Source of the DNA: Promethearchaeota archaeon Loki_b31
Lineage (GTDB): Archaea; Asgardarchaeota; Lokiarchaeia; Sigyniarchaeales; SOKP01
DNA length: 13,525 bases
Assembly (NCBI GenBank): GCA_005222975.1
Contig: NJBI01000076.1
Location: forward strand, 1 to 13,525
Direction of reading: 5' to 3'
Position numbers and translations under genes: made by a program. Shown here one piece after another: positions 1-8,029 of this stretch. The notes under the pieces are model-generated. The model worked only from the letters and a program-made list of their open reading frames with translations. It ran no database searches and was not told the origin of the DNA. Positions within the stretch are counted from its first letter, which is position 1; every line of letters begins with the position of its first letter.

Positions 1-118
1 TAAGAGCTCCAAAGATCGTAAACAATGACTTTTCTTCAGCGTTATACTTCCCTTCTAAAAGATGTTTAACCCAACAACGAATTGCTGGAAAAAATTCATA
101 AGATTGAGTTCCACTCAT
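1..118 (-). CDS. 5' part of a gene running off the left edge; probable OB-fold nucleic-acid-binding protein (RPA32/RPA-associated-like)
   Basis: Not in the ORF track. ATG at 118..116 with an in-frame TAA two codons upstream; open to the edge: MSGTQSYEFFPAIRCWVKHLLEGKYNAEEKSLFTIFGAL. This resembles N-termini of archaeal RPA-family OB proteins, but only 39 aa are visible. Confidence 0.5.
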   Translation of the reverse strand, partial: MSGTQSYEFFPAIRCWVKHLLEGKYNAEEKSLFTIFGAL

Positions 119-263
119 AATTTAACTCATGTGAAATTTCTATTATGCAATCGATTACTATATTAACAAATTTTATGAAATATAGGCGTGATTATTAATT
201 GTTAAATATAATTAATTTTCTCTTTATTTTAATTCATTTTACATTTTTAAGGATTTTATCGTT

Positions 264-286
264 TTAAGATAAAAAATGAAATAAAA
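264..286 (-). terminator. T-rich tract downstream of tRNA-iMet, possible archaeal terminator
   Basis: Minus strand reads TTTTATTTCATTTTTT immediately after discriminator A73; weak because the background is AT-rich. Confidence 0.3.
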
Positions 287-393
287 TAGCGGGGACTGGA
301 ATCTCAGATTGTTGTAAATCAATCAAAATCTTTTGAACCAGTGTTCTCAGGGTTATGAGCCCTGCGGCATAAACCAGGCTAGCCCACCCCGCT
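287..393 (-). tRNA. Initiator tRNA-Met (anticodon CAT), intron-containing, CCA not encoded
   Basis: Minus strand: AGCGGGG TG GGCT AGCCTGGTTTA TGCC G CAGGG CTCATAA CCCTG AGAAC ACTGG TTCAAA[intron]T CCAGT CCCCGCT A. It has a 7-bp acceptor stem with A1-U72, G11-C24, and three consecutive G-C pairs (29-31/39-41), all archaeal initiator signatures. Confidence 0.95.
301..331 (-). other. 31-nt tRNA intron at non-canonical position 59/60 with BHB motif
   Basis: Intron AGATTTTGATTGATTTACAACAATCTGAGAT. Central helix UUCA/UGAG (one G-U), 3-nt bulges AAA and AUU, flanked by the T-stem and intron stem GAUU/AAUC. Cutting after the second base of each bulge restores T-loop UUCAAAU. Confidence 0.9.
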
Positions 394-420
394 AAGGTTT
401 TTTTCTTATGAGAATAACTC

Positions 421-427
421 TTTTATA
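421..427 (-). promoter_or_regulatory. Candidate TATA box for tRNA-iMet
   Basis: TATAAAA on the minus strand ending 27 nt upstream of the tRNA 5' end; a second candidate TTATAT lies about 10 nt further upstream. Confidence 0.35.
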
Positions 428-546
428 GATCATATAATTATTTTATCTTTTAATTTTTTATCATTTTTATGGAGATTAGTGGTATTTTTTTAGTTTAAAA
501 TATATTAACTTACAATTATTTAAAATAAACACAACTCTTTAAAAAA

Positions 547-1284
547 ATGGTGGATTCACATTCAAAAAGCTTTTTTGGACAGAACACCGGGATGATTGTG
601 AGTAGTCCCTCGAGCTCAGACCCCTTTATTTTTATACATTGCATTAAAAAAAAACCTGATGGAATTTGGGAAAAACCTTCAATCAATGAAGGTAAAATAA
701 TAAAAATTTCGTTAGAAGAGATAGTTATGATCTTGCGAGTATTAAATCGTCAAACTCTAAATTGGCAAAGTCATCATATTTACAAGGATAAGAAAACTTC
801 GTTATCTTTTAGTTGGGAAGATGAAGATGCAAATATATTATGGATTAATATTGGAATTTATTCTAAAATGCTTAATCTTGCTCAAACGGAAATATTGAGG
901 TTATTATTGATTCATTTACTTAAGGAAAAAATAGTTTATTCGACGATACCAAAAAGAACTAGCAACGAAAATAAAGTAATAAAACTCAAACAAGAGGAAC
1001 TTTGTAATAGGAATAAAATTGAAGAAATTAATGAAGAATCTGATTGTTATAAAAACGACCTTTTTTCTGATATAGCACTTCGAGGAGATATCCTAAAAGA
1101 CTTGAGCAATGTCGATGGAATAATCTTGGGAGAAACAGAAAAGGCTATTTTAATTGAATTCGATAATAAGGAGGTGTGGGTGCCGAAATCTACTATTAAT
1201 AATCATTATCTTCCTCGAAAGAACCTTTCTCAAAAATTTTTGATTAATAATTGGTTTTTAAAAAAAAATAGTTTAATTCCTTAA
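547..1284 (+). CDS. Hypothetical two-domain protein: putative Whirly/PC4-like N-terminal domain, charged linker, small C-terminal ETEKA..WxPKS beta domain
   Basis: 245-aa ATG ORF. The coding call is solid; the function is inferred from pattern only (GIWEKPS..GKIIKISLEEIVMIL; ETEKAILIEFDNKEVWVPKSTI). Confidence 0.7.
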   Translation: MVDSHSKSFFGQNTGMIVSSPSSSDPFIFIHCIKKKPDGIWEKPSINEGKIIKISLEEIVMILRVLNRQTLNWQSHHIYKDKKTSLSFSWEDEDANILWINIGIYSKMLNLAQTEILRLLLIHLLKEKIVYSTIPKRTSNENKVIKLKQEELCNRNKIEEINEESDCYKNDLFSDIALRGDILKDLSNVDGIILGETEKAILIEFDNKEVWVPKSTINNHYLPRKNLSQKFLINNWFLKKNSLIP

Positions 1285-1387
1285 TTACTCATTTAAAGAA
1301 AATTGCCTTATTTCAGCAAAAAGAATAAACTTAATTTTTATTCTTAATTAACTTTGATATTAATATAATAGAGCTCAAAAAACTTAT

Positions 1388-3181
1388 ATGACTTTACTTA
1401 ATATTATTGTAGATTTCTTACTCAATCCTTGGTTTATCATTTCCTTAGCTTTTTGGATTATCGTAATCGTATTTGTTTTTTTATTAAGAAATAAAAAAGA
1501 AGCATATAGTTTATTCTTTCCATTACTAGCGTTATTTAAAACTAAAAAGCTAAATAACTTTATCATAAACATTTCTAGAAGAAAACCAAAATTGTGGAGA
1601 ATATTTTGGAATATTGGAATATTTGTATCGTTTGGTTTTACAATTTTTGGCTTCTATTTCTTTTTTACAAATATTCTAAATTTAATATTTCAACCAAGTA
1701 TTGAAAGTGCTATTGTTCCACTCATCCCTGGAGTTACAATTGATCTACCTATTTTATTTTACTTATTTTTACCATTATTATTTATTATGACTACCCACGA
1801 ATTTGCTCACGGAATTTCAGCTAGTATCGATGGAGTGGAAATTAAATCTACTGGCGTACTTGGTGTCGGCTTGTTTTACCTGGTGGGATTTGGTGCATTT
1901 GTAGAAGTTGATGAAAGAGAATTAAGATCGTCAAAATTCCATCGAAATACAAGATTTAGAATAGCGGCAGCAGGAACATATGTAAATGCATTAACTGCTG
2001 GTTTAGCATTCTTACTAATTCTTAGTTTTCCAACATTAATTTCTCCTTTTTACGTACAAGTCACACAGGTTTATAGTGTATTAACACCGCAAGAGGGGGG
2101 CTTCAATAATGGGACTCTTGAAGCTGGAGATGCTATCATTGCTATTAAAAATTCAGGTGATCCAGATGCTAATTTTTTGAACCTTGATTTAAACCAAGGA
2201 ATTAGTCTTACTTCTATATTAAGTAATAGTACTAGAATTAAATTTTCAATTGGAGATAATTTAACTTTTAAAACTTATAACCCTTTTAGTGACTCCTATA
2301 CTAAAAAAAATGTTACTTTAGGACCTCGTTATGATATAGGAATCCGTTATGAGTATACGGATAACGGTATGCGATTACGAATTACCTATAATTATTCCAG
2401 TGATACGGAAACAAACATATTAATCACAAAAGTAAATGGAACTGCAATAAATAAGTCCAACGGCGACACATTAGAAATTTTACTAACAAGTTTTACTTTA
2501 AAAGCCATAAACCTAACTTCAGAACAGGGGATTGATTACATATTAGATGTCGAGGTTGTAGGTGTCTTCGTGGGGGTTCAAAGTACTTACTATTGGATGC
2601 ATCTAAATGAATTTGCAAAATTTTTTACCGCTAACTGGCCAGATTTCTTGTTAAGAGAAATAATGTGGCTTTTTATTATTGCATTTAGTATAACGTTATT
2701 CAACATGATGCCTTTACCGATATTTGATGGAGATAGATTCGTGAAAGAATTGGTAAATTGGATTTTTGGTGAAAATTACAAATCTAAAAAGAAGAAAAAA
2801 GATAGGCTAATATATAAAGGAATTGATACAGAATGTAAATTAACCGAATATCGTGTAGAAAAAATAGAATCTGTGAAACTATACTTAAAAGATAATCTTA
2901 GAGAGGATCAAAATGGTGAAATAATCTTAGGAGAAGATAACTATGAACTAGTGGATAAAATAGGCGATGGATATAAAGATACTGTATCAGTAACTTTGCC
3001 AGAAAATACTAAACTTAAAGAAAATACTGTTTTCGAAATCTCTTACGAGTATTTGTATGACGACAAAAAAAGAATTAAAAATATTGTATTGAATACAATC
3101 AGAATTATCGCATTAATTCTTATAGGTGGTAATTTCCTATTATCTTTTATAAGATTTGGATTTGACCTTTTTTGGATTTAA
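1388..3181 (+). CDS. Site-2 protease family (peptidase M50) intramembrane zinc metalloprotease
   Basis: HEFAH zinc motif in a hydrophobic helix, PLIPGV, GAFVEVD, RIAAAGTYVN, distal FNMMPLPIFDG (NxxPxxxxDG), multiple TM segments and a PDZ-like soluble region (LEAGDAIIAI). Confidence 0.93.
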   Translation: MTLLNIIVDFLLNPWFIISLAFWIIVIVFVFLLRNKKEAYSLFFPLLALFKTKKLNNFIINISRRKPKLWRIFWNIGIFVSFGFTIFGFYFFFTNILNLIFQPSIESAIVPLIPGVTIDLPILFYLFLPLLFIMTTHEFAHGISASIDGVEIKSTGVLGVGLFYLVGFGAFVEVDERELRSSKFHRNTRFRIAAAGTYVNALTAGLAFLLILSFPTLISPFYVQVTQVYSVLTPQEGGFNNGTLEAGDAIIAIKNSGDPDANFLNLDLNQGISLTSILSNSTRIKFSIGDNLTFKTYNPFSDSYTKKNVTLGPRYDIGIRYEYTDNGMRLRITYNYSSDTETNILITKVNGTAINKSNGDTLEILLTSFTLKAINLTSEQGIDYILDVEVVGVFVGVQSTYYWMHLNEFAKFFTANWPDFLLREIMWLFIIAFSITLFNMMPLPIFDGDRFVKELVNWIFGENYKSKKKKKDRLIYKGIDTECKLTEYRVEKIESVKLYLKDNLREDQNGEIILGEDNYELVDKIGDGYKDTVSVTLPENTKLKENTVFEISYEYLYDDKKRIKNIVLNTIRIIALILIGGNFLLSFIRFGFDLFWI

Positions 3182-3236
3182 TAAATTAGTTGATGTGATC
3201 TTCATAAGCAATCATGAAAATAGTTATAATGTGCTT

Positions 3237-4196
3237 ATGAAAATAAGTACATGTGATTATTGTAATAAAAATGCATTAGTAATCCATAGAAAATATTCCG
3301 GTGAGCTAATTTGTACTGAATGCTTCACAAAAAGAATAGAGAAAAACATTTATAAGACAATATCCAAATACAAAATGCTAAGACCTCGAGATAAAATTGT
3401 TGTGGGAGTTTCTGGCGGTAAGGATTCTATAGCATTATTGTATAATCTTAAAAAAATTCAAGAAAAAAATTTTCACTCTCAACCTATTATCGCTATAACC
3501 GTTGACGAGGGTATCAAAGATTATAGGAGCAAAAGTATAAAGAATGCCAATAAATTTTGTAAAAAATATGGAATTGAGCATAAGATTGTTTCATTTAAAG
3601 AAAAAACAGGAAAGACTTTAGATGAGATTATAGAATTAAAAAGTAAATCTATAGATTATAAATACGCCTGCAATTATTGTGCAACATTTAGGAGAAGATT
3701 GTTAAATGAAATAGCAAAAGAAATAGGTGCTGATGTTCTTGCGATGGGGCATAACCTAACAGATATCGCAGAAACATACCTTATGAACATTTTATTTAAG
3801 AGATTTCGAACAATCTCTAATCAATATCTCTTTAAAAGGGAGAGTAAAGAAATTAGCAAGTTTTTCGTAAGAAAAATTACTCCTTTGATGAGAATTCCTG
3901 AAGAAGAAATCTTTCTTTATTCAAACTTGAAAAAATTTGACTATTATCCCTCGCATTGCCCCTACAGAGAGAAAGATCCAATTCTAAGGAAAAGAGTTTT
4001 AGATTTTATTTTAGAATGTAAAAAATTTAGCCCAGAAATAGAATTCAATTTACTCAATGGTTTTTTAGAAACATCTGAAATATTTTATTACCATTATAAA
4101 GCAAAAACCTATAATTCTTGTGAAGAGTGTGGATATCCATGTGGAAATACAAATCTATGTTTGTATTGTAAATATTTAAAAGATTTTAATAGATAA
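3237..4196 (+). CDS. tRNA 2-thiolation protein, TtuA/Ncs6(CTU1) family
   Basis: N-terminal CDYC..CTEC zinc finger, PP-loop SGGKDS, CNYC, GHNLTD, CPY and C-terminal CEEC..CLYC. Start moved from 3156 to the ATG at 3237 (MKISTCDYC). Confidence 0.92.
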   Translation: MKISTCDYCNKNALVIHRKYSGELICTECFTKRIEKNIYKTISKYKMLRPRDKIVVGVSGGKDSIALLYNLKKIQEKNFHSQPIIAITVDEGIKDYRSKSIKNANKFCKKYGIEHKIVSFKEKTGKTLDEIIELKSKSIDYKYACNYCATFRRRLLNEIAKEIGADVLAMGHNLTDIAETYLMNILFKRFRTISNQYLFKRESKEISKFFVRKITPLMRIPEEEIFLYSNLKKFDYYPSHCPYREKDPILRKRVLDFILECKKFSPEIEFNLLNGFLETSEIFYYHYKAKTYNSCEECGYPCGNTNLCLYCKYLKDFNR

Positions 4197-4201
4197 ATTT
4201 A

Positions 4202-5182
4202 TTAGATAAGATATTCGCTAAATTCCTTTAATCTGTCATATTCTCTAATTTCTTCTCGAAAAAGAGGAACTTCAATCAAATGCTTTCCCAACTTTTCTTT
4301 AAAAATTTTATAAATATTTAATAAATTACGGTGTTGCATGTTTCGTCGAGCTTTGCAAAAATCACATAATTCCTCTTCAGCTTGATATAATTGGTTGATT
4401 ATAATGTTTGAAACAGGAATCTTATATTTATACAATTCGTTTAAAAGGCGAACTGTTTCTGAAATAGCCATCTCTTCCGGTATCATCACAACAACAAAAG
4501 AATTTTTCAAAGGGTTCGTGAGATCCTCTCGCGCATTAATGATAGAGTTTTTTAATCTTTCTAAAACTTCTAAAGAGTTATCTTTTTCTTTTTCATTACT
4601 AGAAAATAAACTTTTCATTAGACCCATTATGCTTCCAAGTTTTAATCTCATTTTCAGTAGTTTACCTATCCACCCCGATAGCGTTTCTGGAAGGCTTAAA
4701 AACCTAAGAGTATGTCCTGTTGGGGCAGTATCAAATATAACTAAATCATAGTCGTGTTCTGTCTCTATAATTTCTAATACTTTTAATAATGCGAAAGCTT
4801 CATCGATACCTGGTGGATTTATTGAAGTCAAATCTTGCAAATCCTCCATCATTGGAATACCTTCCATTAAACCGGGCATGTTCATCCCTTCCATGGGATT
4901 AACACTCGTTAAACCTTTATATTCTGCCAAGTTTTTTTTTGGATCGATTTCTAAGGTAGTCAAATTATTTATTCCGGGTATAGGTGTCGGCTCACCTGGA
5001 GGAAGACTGATCCCTAAACTATCTCCTAGTGAATGTGCTGGATCTGTACTAATAATCAAGGTATTTCTACCATGCTCTGCTGCCCAGATTGCTGAACTTG
5101 AGGCACAAGTTGTTTTACCTACGCCTCCTTTACCACCAAACATGATTATTTTTAAATTTAATAACATTTCTTTTAATTCCAT
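4202..5182 (-). CDS. GET3/TRC40/ArsA-family ATPase, single domain, GET3-like
   Basis: GGKGGVGKTT P-loop, STDPAHSL, PGIDE, DTAPTGHT and CDFC (CxxC). ATG at 5182 preferred; TTG at 5191 is an alternative. Confidence 0.92.
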   Translation of the reverse strand: MELKEMLLNLKIIMFGGKGGVGKTTCASSSAIWAAEHGRNTLIISTDPAHSLGDSLGISLPPGEPTPIPGINNLTTLEIDPKKNLAEYKGLTSVNPMEGMNMPGLMEGIPMMEDLQDLTSINPPGIDEAFALLKVLEIIETEHDYDLVIFDTAPTGHTLRFLSLPETLSGWIGKLLKMRLKLGSIMGLMKSLFSSNEKEKDNSLEVLERLKNSIINAREDLTNPLKNSFVVVMIPEEMAISETVRLLNELYKYKIPVSNIIINQLYQAEEELCDFCKARRNMQHRNLLNIYKIFKEKLGKHLIEVPLFREEIREYDRLKEFSEYLI

Positions 5183-5227
5183 ACTAATCAACCCGTTTTT
5201 TTTGAATTAAGTGTTATGTGTTTTATA

Positions 5228-6508
5228 CTAATAAGTAAGTTTGAAACGAAGAATTGCAACAATTCCTCCGAAAGTACTGTATAACATTTCTCCCTCTTCT
5301 GTTTCTGGAGAAATAAGTATCACATCAGTGTTCATAGTTTCTGCTATGGAACCCAGCTCTTCAATTATAGATACTGTGTTTACAAGGTTGTATGTGCTTG
5401 AACTACATTTTGGACAACTTTCTTCTTGGATGGATAATTCTACTTTGTTTAATTCTAACTCCCTTGCAATACGAGATTCTTTATGGCCACAATTCGAACA
5501 TTCAATTTTTAATTGATAAATATCTAATTTTTCAGAAAGAATTAATTTTTTCACAGCACCCATAGTTAAAGCTTTTTCTACTTCTTTAAGACCGTAAGCA
5601 GCTAAACCCGATTCAGTTGATATCTCCTTTAAAAATCCTTGGACAACTTCTTTTTCCCGAATGAATTTTACATTTGATATTTTTTTTTTAATCTTTTCAA
5701 TCAAAGCGCGAATTCCCTCAGTTCCCCCATAACCAAGGTCTACAACGTCTAAAATTTTATCTCGTAATCGATAATCTAAACTTTCATCGTTTACAAACTT
5801 TTCTTTAGAAGGACCAGGCCCTCCAATAAAAATTCCTTGTAAATCCTCTATTTTCAAAAATAATTCGTTAACTTCTTCAGATATTCTTCTGTAAAACCTC
5901 TTTTCACCCTCTTCAATTAATCTTTCATATCTTTTCTGCGATTGACCACCAGCTTTATGCTTTCCATGAATCCCTGAGGTAAAATCTCTCACAATTTCTA
6001 CATGATTTCCCGTGATATACCCAACTGCCGATTCCTTTCGGCCGATAACAAGCAATCCATAAGTTTCCTTTGATTTGAGCATGTCCTCTAATGGCCATAG
6101 TAAAAATTCGCTCGCACAGTGGTATCTAAATGTGTTTGCCTTTTCTGGGGGATCTACGATGTATCTTTCCATTTTTTCTGTACCAGGAGTATTGTTTTGA
6201 GGGATTGCTCCAGCAAACATAACTAATCCATTCTCTGGAACTTCTTTATAATTCTTCAACATCCCTATAAGTGTTGAGATTCCATCTAATACATTTTTAC
6301 GAGTTAATTTTGATTTAATGTTTTGGCTTTCGCTTACTTCGTTCTTTAAATAATTGGTAACATCCGAAAGTTTTCGATCATGAGGTATATATAGTGATAT
6401 CAGCTCTGTATGAAAACCTTTTTTAGATTTAAGCTTGTCTAAAAGCTTTTTTATCTTGAAAACTTTTAAATCCTCGCTTTTTTTATGTTCTACCGGAGTC
6501 ATAATCAT
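5228..6508 (-). CDS. prf1: Peptide chain release factor aRF1
   Basis: ELISLYIP, NIKS, YHCASEF (YxCxxxF), GGQS, C-terminal FGGIVAILRF, and a CSNC..CPKC zinc ribbon. Start is ATG 6508 or 6502; the track uses TTG 6514. Confidence 0.97.
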   Translation of the reverse strand: MIMTPVEHKKSEDLKVFKIKKLLDKLKSKKGFHTELISLYIPHDRKLSDVTNYLKNEVSESQNIKSKLTRKNVLDGISTLIGMLKNYKEVPENGLVMFAGAIPQNNTPGTEKMERYIVDPPEKANTFRYHCASEFLLWPLEDMLKSKETYGLLVIGRKESAVGYITGNHVEIVRDFTSGIHGKHKAGGQSQKRYERLIEEGEKRFYRRISEEVNELFLKIEDLQGIFIGGPGPSKEKFVNDESLDYRLRDKILDVVDLGYGGTEGIRALIEKIKKKISNVKFIREKEVVQGFLKEISTESGLAAYGLKEVEKALTMGAVKKLILSEKLDIYQLKIECSNCGHKESRIARELELNKVELSIQEESCPKCSSSTYNLVNTVSIIEELGSIAETMNTDVILISPETEEGEMLYSTFGGIVAILRFKLTY

Positions 6509-6561
6509 CAACAATGAGATAAAATTAACAAAAGATTAATAATTTTTCTTCCTTTTCAACC

Positions 6562-6569
6562 TATATAAA
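6562..6569. promoter_or_regulatory. Candidate TATA box in the divergent prf1/pps intergenic region
   Basis: TATATAAA ends 27 nt before the ATG at 6597 and reads TTTATATA on the minus strand. Confidence 0.35.
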
Positions 6570-6596
6570 GGCCTACATAATAATAATTGTTGTTTT

Positions 6597-7400
6597 ATGG
6601 ATACCAATAAAAATAATCATTCTGATGTTCCTAAAACTCATCCCCGGTATGAGAGCTTAAAATATCGTCATAGAATTATAGAAGGGATGAATAATCTAGT
6701 TGTAGCTGAGGCAGGTTTAATAGCTCATGGGAGAGGTGAATGTTTTGATTATATTTTAGGTGAAAAAACAAATGAAGCTGCTAAGAGAGCCATTAAAGCT
6801 GCAGTAGCAATGCTTCTGCTTGCTAAAAAGCCATTGATTAGCGTTAATGGCAATACTGCGGCACTAGTACCTCATGAACTCGTTAAACTTTCGGATGTGA
6901 TAGGTGCTCCACTTGAAATAAATTTATTTTATAGGAAAGCAGGACGAATCAAGGCTATTAAGAATGTATTAGAAAAGGCAGGAGCTATTGATATTCGAGG
7001 TATTAATGATGAAAAAATGGTCGAAATTGAAGGATTGGATAGTAATAGAAGGTTGGTAGAATCAATTCAAAATTCTGATGTAATTATGGTCCCTTTAGAA
7101 GATGGAGACCGAACGGAAGCATTAAAAAAGATCGGAAAAAACGTAATCGCAGTCGACTTAAATCCAATTAGTAGAACTTCAATATGGGCAGATATTACGA
7201 TTGTAGATAATATTGTCAGAACATTACCCGTAATGATTGCGCTCGCTAAAAAATTAAAAAATGCTGATAAGAAAGAATTGCAAAGCATTATCGATAATTT
7301 TAATAACAGAAAAAACATTCTTTTATCTTTAGAAACTATAATTCGATATGTTAAAAGACAAAAAAAAGTTGCATTCAAAATTGTAAAAAATCGAATTTAA
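6597..7400 (+). CDS. pps: Phosphopantothenate synthetase (4-phosphopantoate--beta-alanine ligase), archaeal CoA pathway
   Basis: VPKTHPRYESL, GLIAHGRGECFDYILGEKT, ISVNGN, VPLEDGDRTEAL, VDLNPISRT and IVDNIVR are family motifs. Confidence 0.93.
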   Translation: MDTNKNNHSDVPKTHPRYESLKYRHRIIEGMNNLVVAEAGLIAHGRGECFDYILGEKTNEAAKRAIKAAVAMLLLAKKPLISVNGNTAALVPHELVKLSDVIGAPLEINLFYRKAGRIKAIKNVLEKAGAIDIRGINDEKMVEIEGLDSNRRLVESIQNSDVIMVPLEDGDRTEALKKIGKNVIAVDLNPISRTSIWADITIVDNIVRTLPVMIALAKKLKNADKKELQSIIDNFNNRKNILLSLETIIRYVKRQKKVAFKIVKNRI

Positions 7401-7499
7401 ACCTTTTTATTATTTAAAAAAGCTTAAAAAGTTCTAAAATAATATTTTATATAGCTATAATTTTAAATATCAAGAACTATAATTTGAGCTCATACAACT

Positions 7500-8024
7500 A
7501 TGGGTACAGAAAAAGATACGCGGACTAACTACTTCAATATTTTCAATGATAAAAAACCAATCGTTGTAAGAAGATGCTCCTTAGAAGACTTAGAAGGCGT
7601 TATCGAAGTAAACGAAAAAGAATTACCCGAAGATTATCCTTATTTTTTTTACAAAAGCATATTAGATAATTATCCAGAATCCTTTCAAGTTGCTTGCAAT
7701 AGCAACGGAAAAATTATTGGATATATAATGTGGAGGGTTGAACGATCTCCCGCGATAAGTAGTTTGAAATTGATGAATAAAGGACATTTGGTCTCAATAG
7801 CAGTTTTAAAGAGCTATAGGAGGGTAGGTATAGCAGCAACTTTGTTATCAAATTCTATGAAAAAATTAAAAAAACACAAAATAGACGAGTTTGTCTTAGA
7901 AGTAAGAGTGAGTAATTATCTTGCTATTAATTTATACAAAAAATTTAATTTTACCACCCATAACATAAAAGAAAAATATTATAGAGACGGGGAGAATGCG
8001 TATTATATGACCCTAAAGGCCTAA
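7500..8024 (+). CDS. N-alpha-acetyltransferase, Ard1/RimI-type GNAT
   Basis: LPEDY (cf. LPENY of Ard1/NAA10), GHLVSIAV, RRVGIA acetyl-CoA motif, LEVRVSN and YYRDGENAY. Confidence 0.9.
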   Translation: MGTEKDTRTNYFNIFNDKKPIVVRRCSLEDLEGVIEVNEKELPEDYPYFFYKSILDNYPESFQVACNSNGKIIGYIMWRVERSPAISSLKLMNKGHLVSIAVLKSYRRVGIAATLLSNSMKKLKKHKIDEFVLEVRVSNYLAINLYKKFNFTTHNIKEKYYRDGENAYYMTLKA

Positions 8025-8029
8025 TTTTC

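Noticed and set aside
287-340. tRNA insert as an integration (att) scar or pseudogene
   Set aside because: No integrase or duplicated tRNA 3' end noticed in the window, all stems are intact, and the insert forms an exact BHB.
1384-1572. 62-aa minus-strand ORF
   Set aside because: Antisense shadow of the S2P gene with no motifs.
3156-3236. N-terminal extension of the TtuA/Ncs6 ORF overlapping S2P
   Set aside because: Non-ATG start inside the upstream gene; the family begins at the zinc finger just after ATG 3237.
4202-5191. Arsenite-efflux ArsA interpretation
   Set aside because: Single domain with CxxC and a Met-rich region, and no arsB/acr3/arsD/arsR in the window; GET3-like is preferred, though not proven.
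4395-5516. Plus-strand ORFs 4395..4751, 4878..5210 and 5241..5516
   Set aside because: Antisense to well-supported GET3 and aRF1 genes.
5228-6514. Altered genetic code or recoding signalled by aRF1
   Set aside because: NIKS, YxCxxxF and GGQ are intact, and no interrupted genes needing readthrough are visible.
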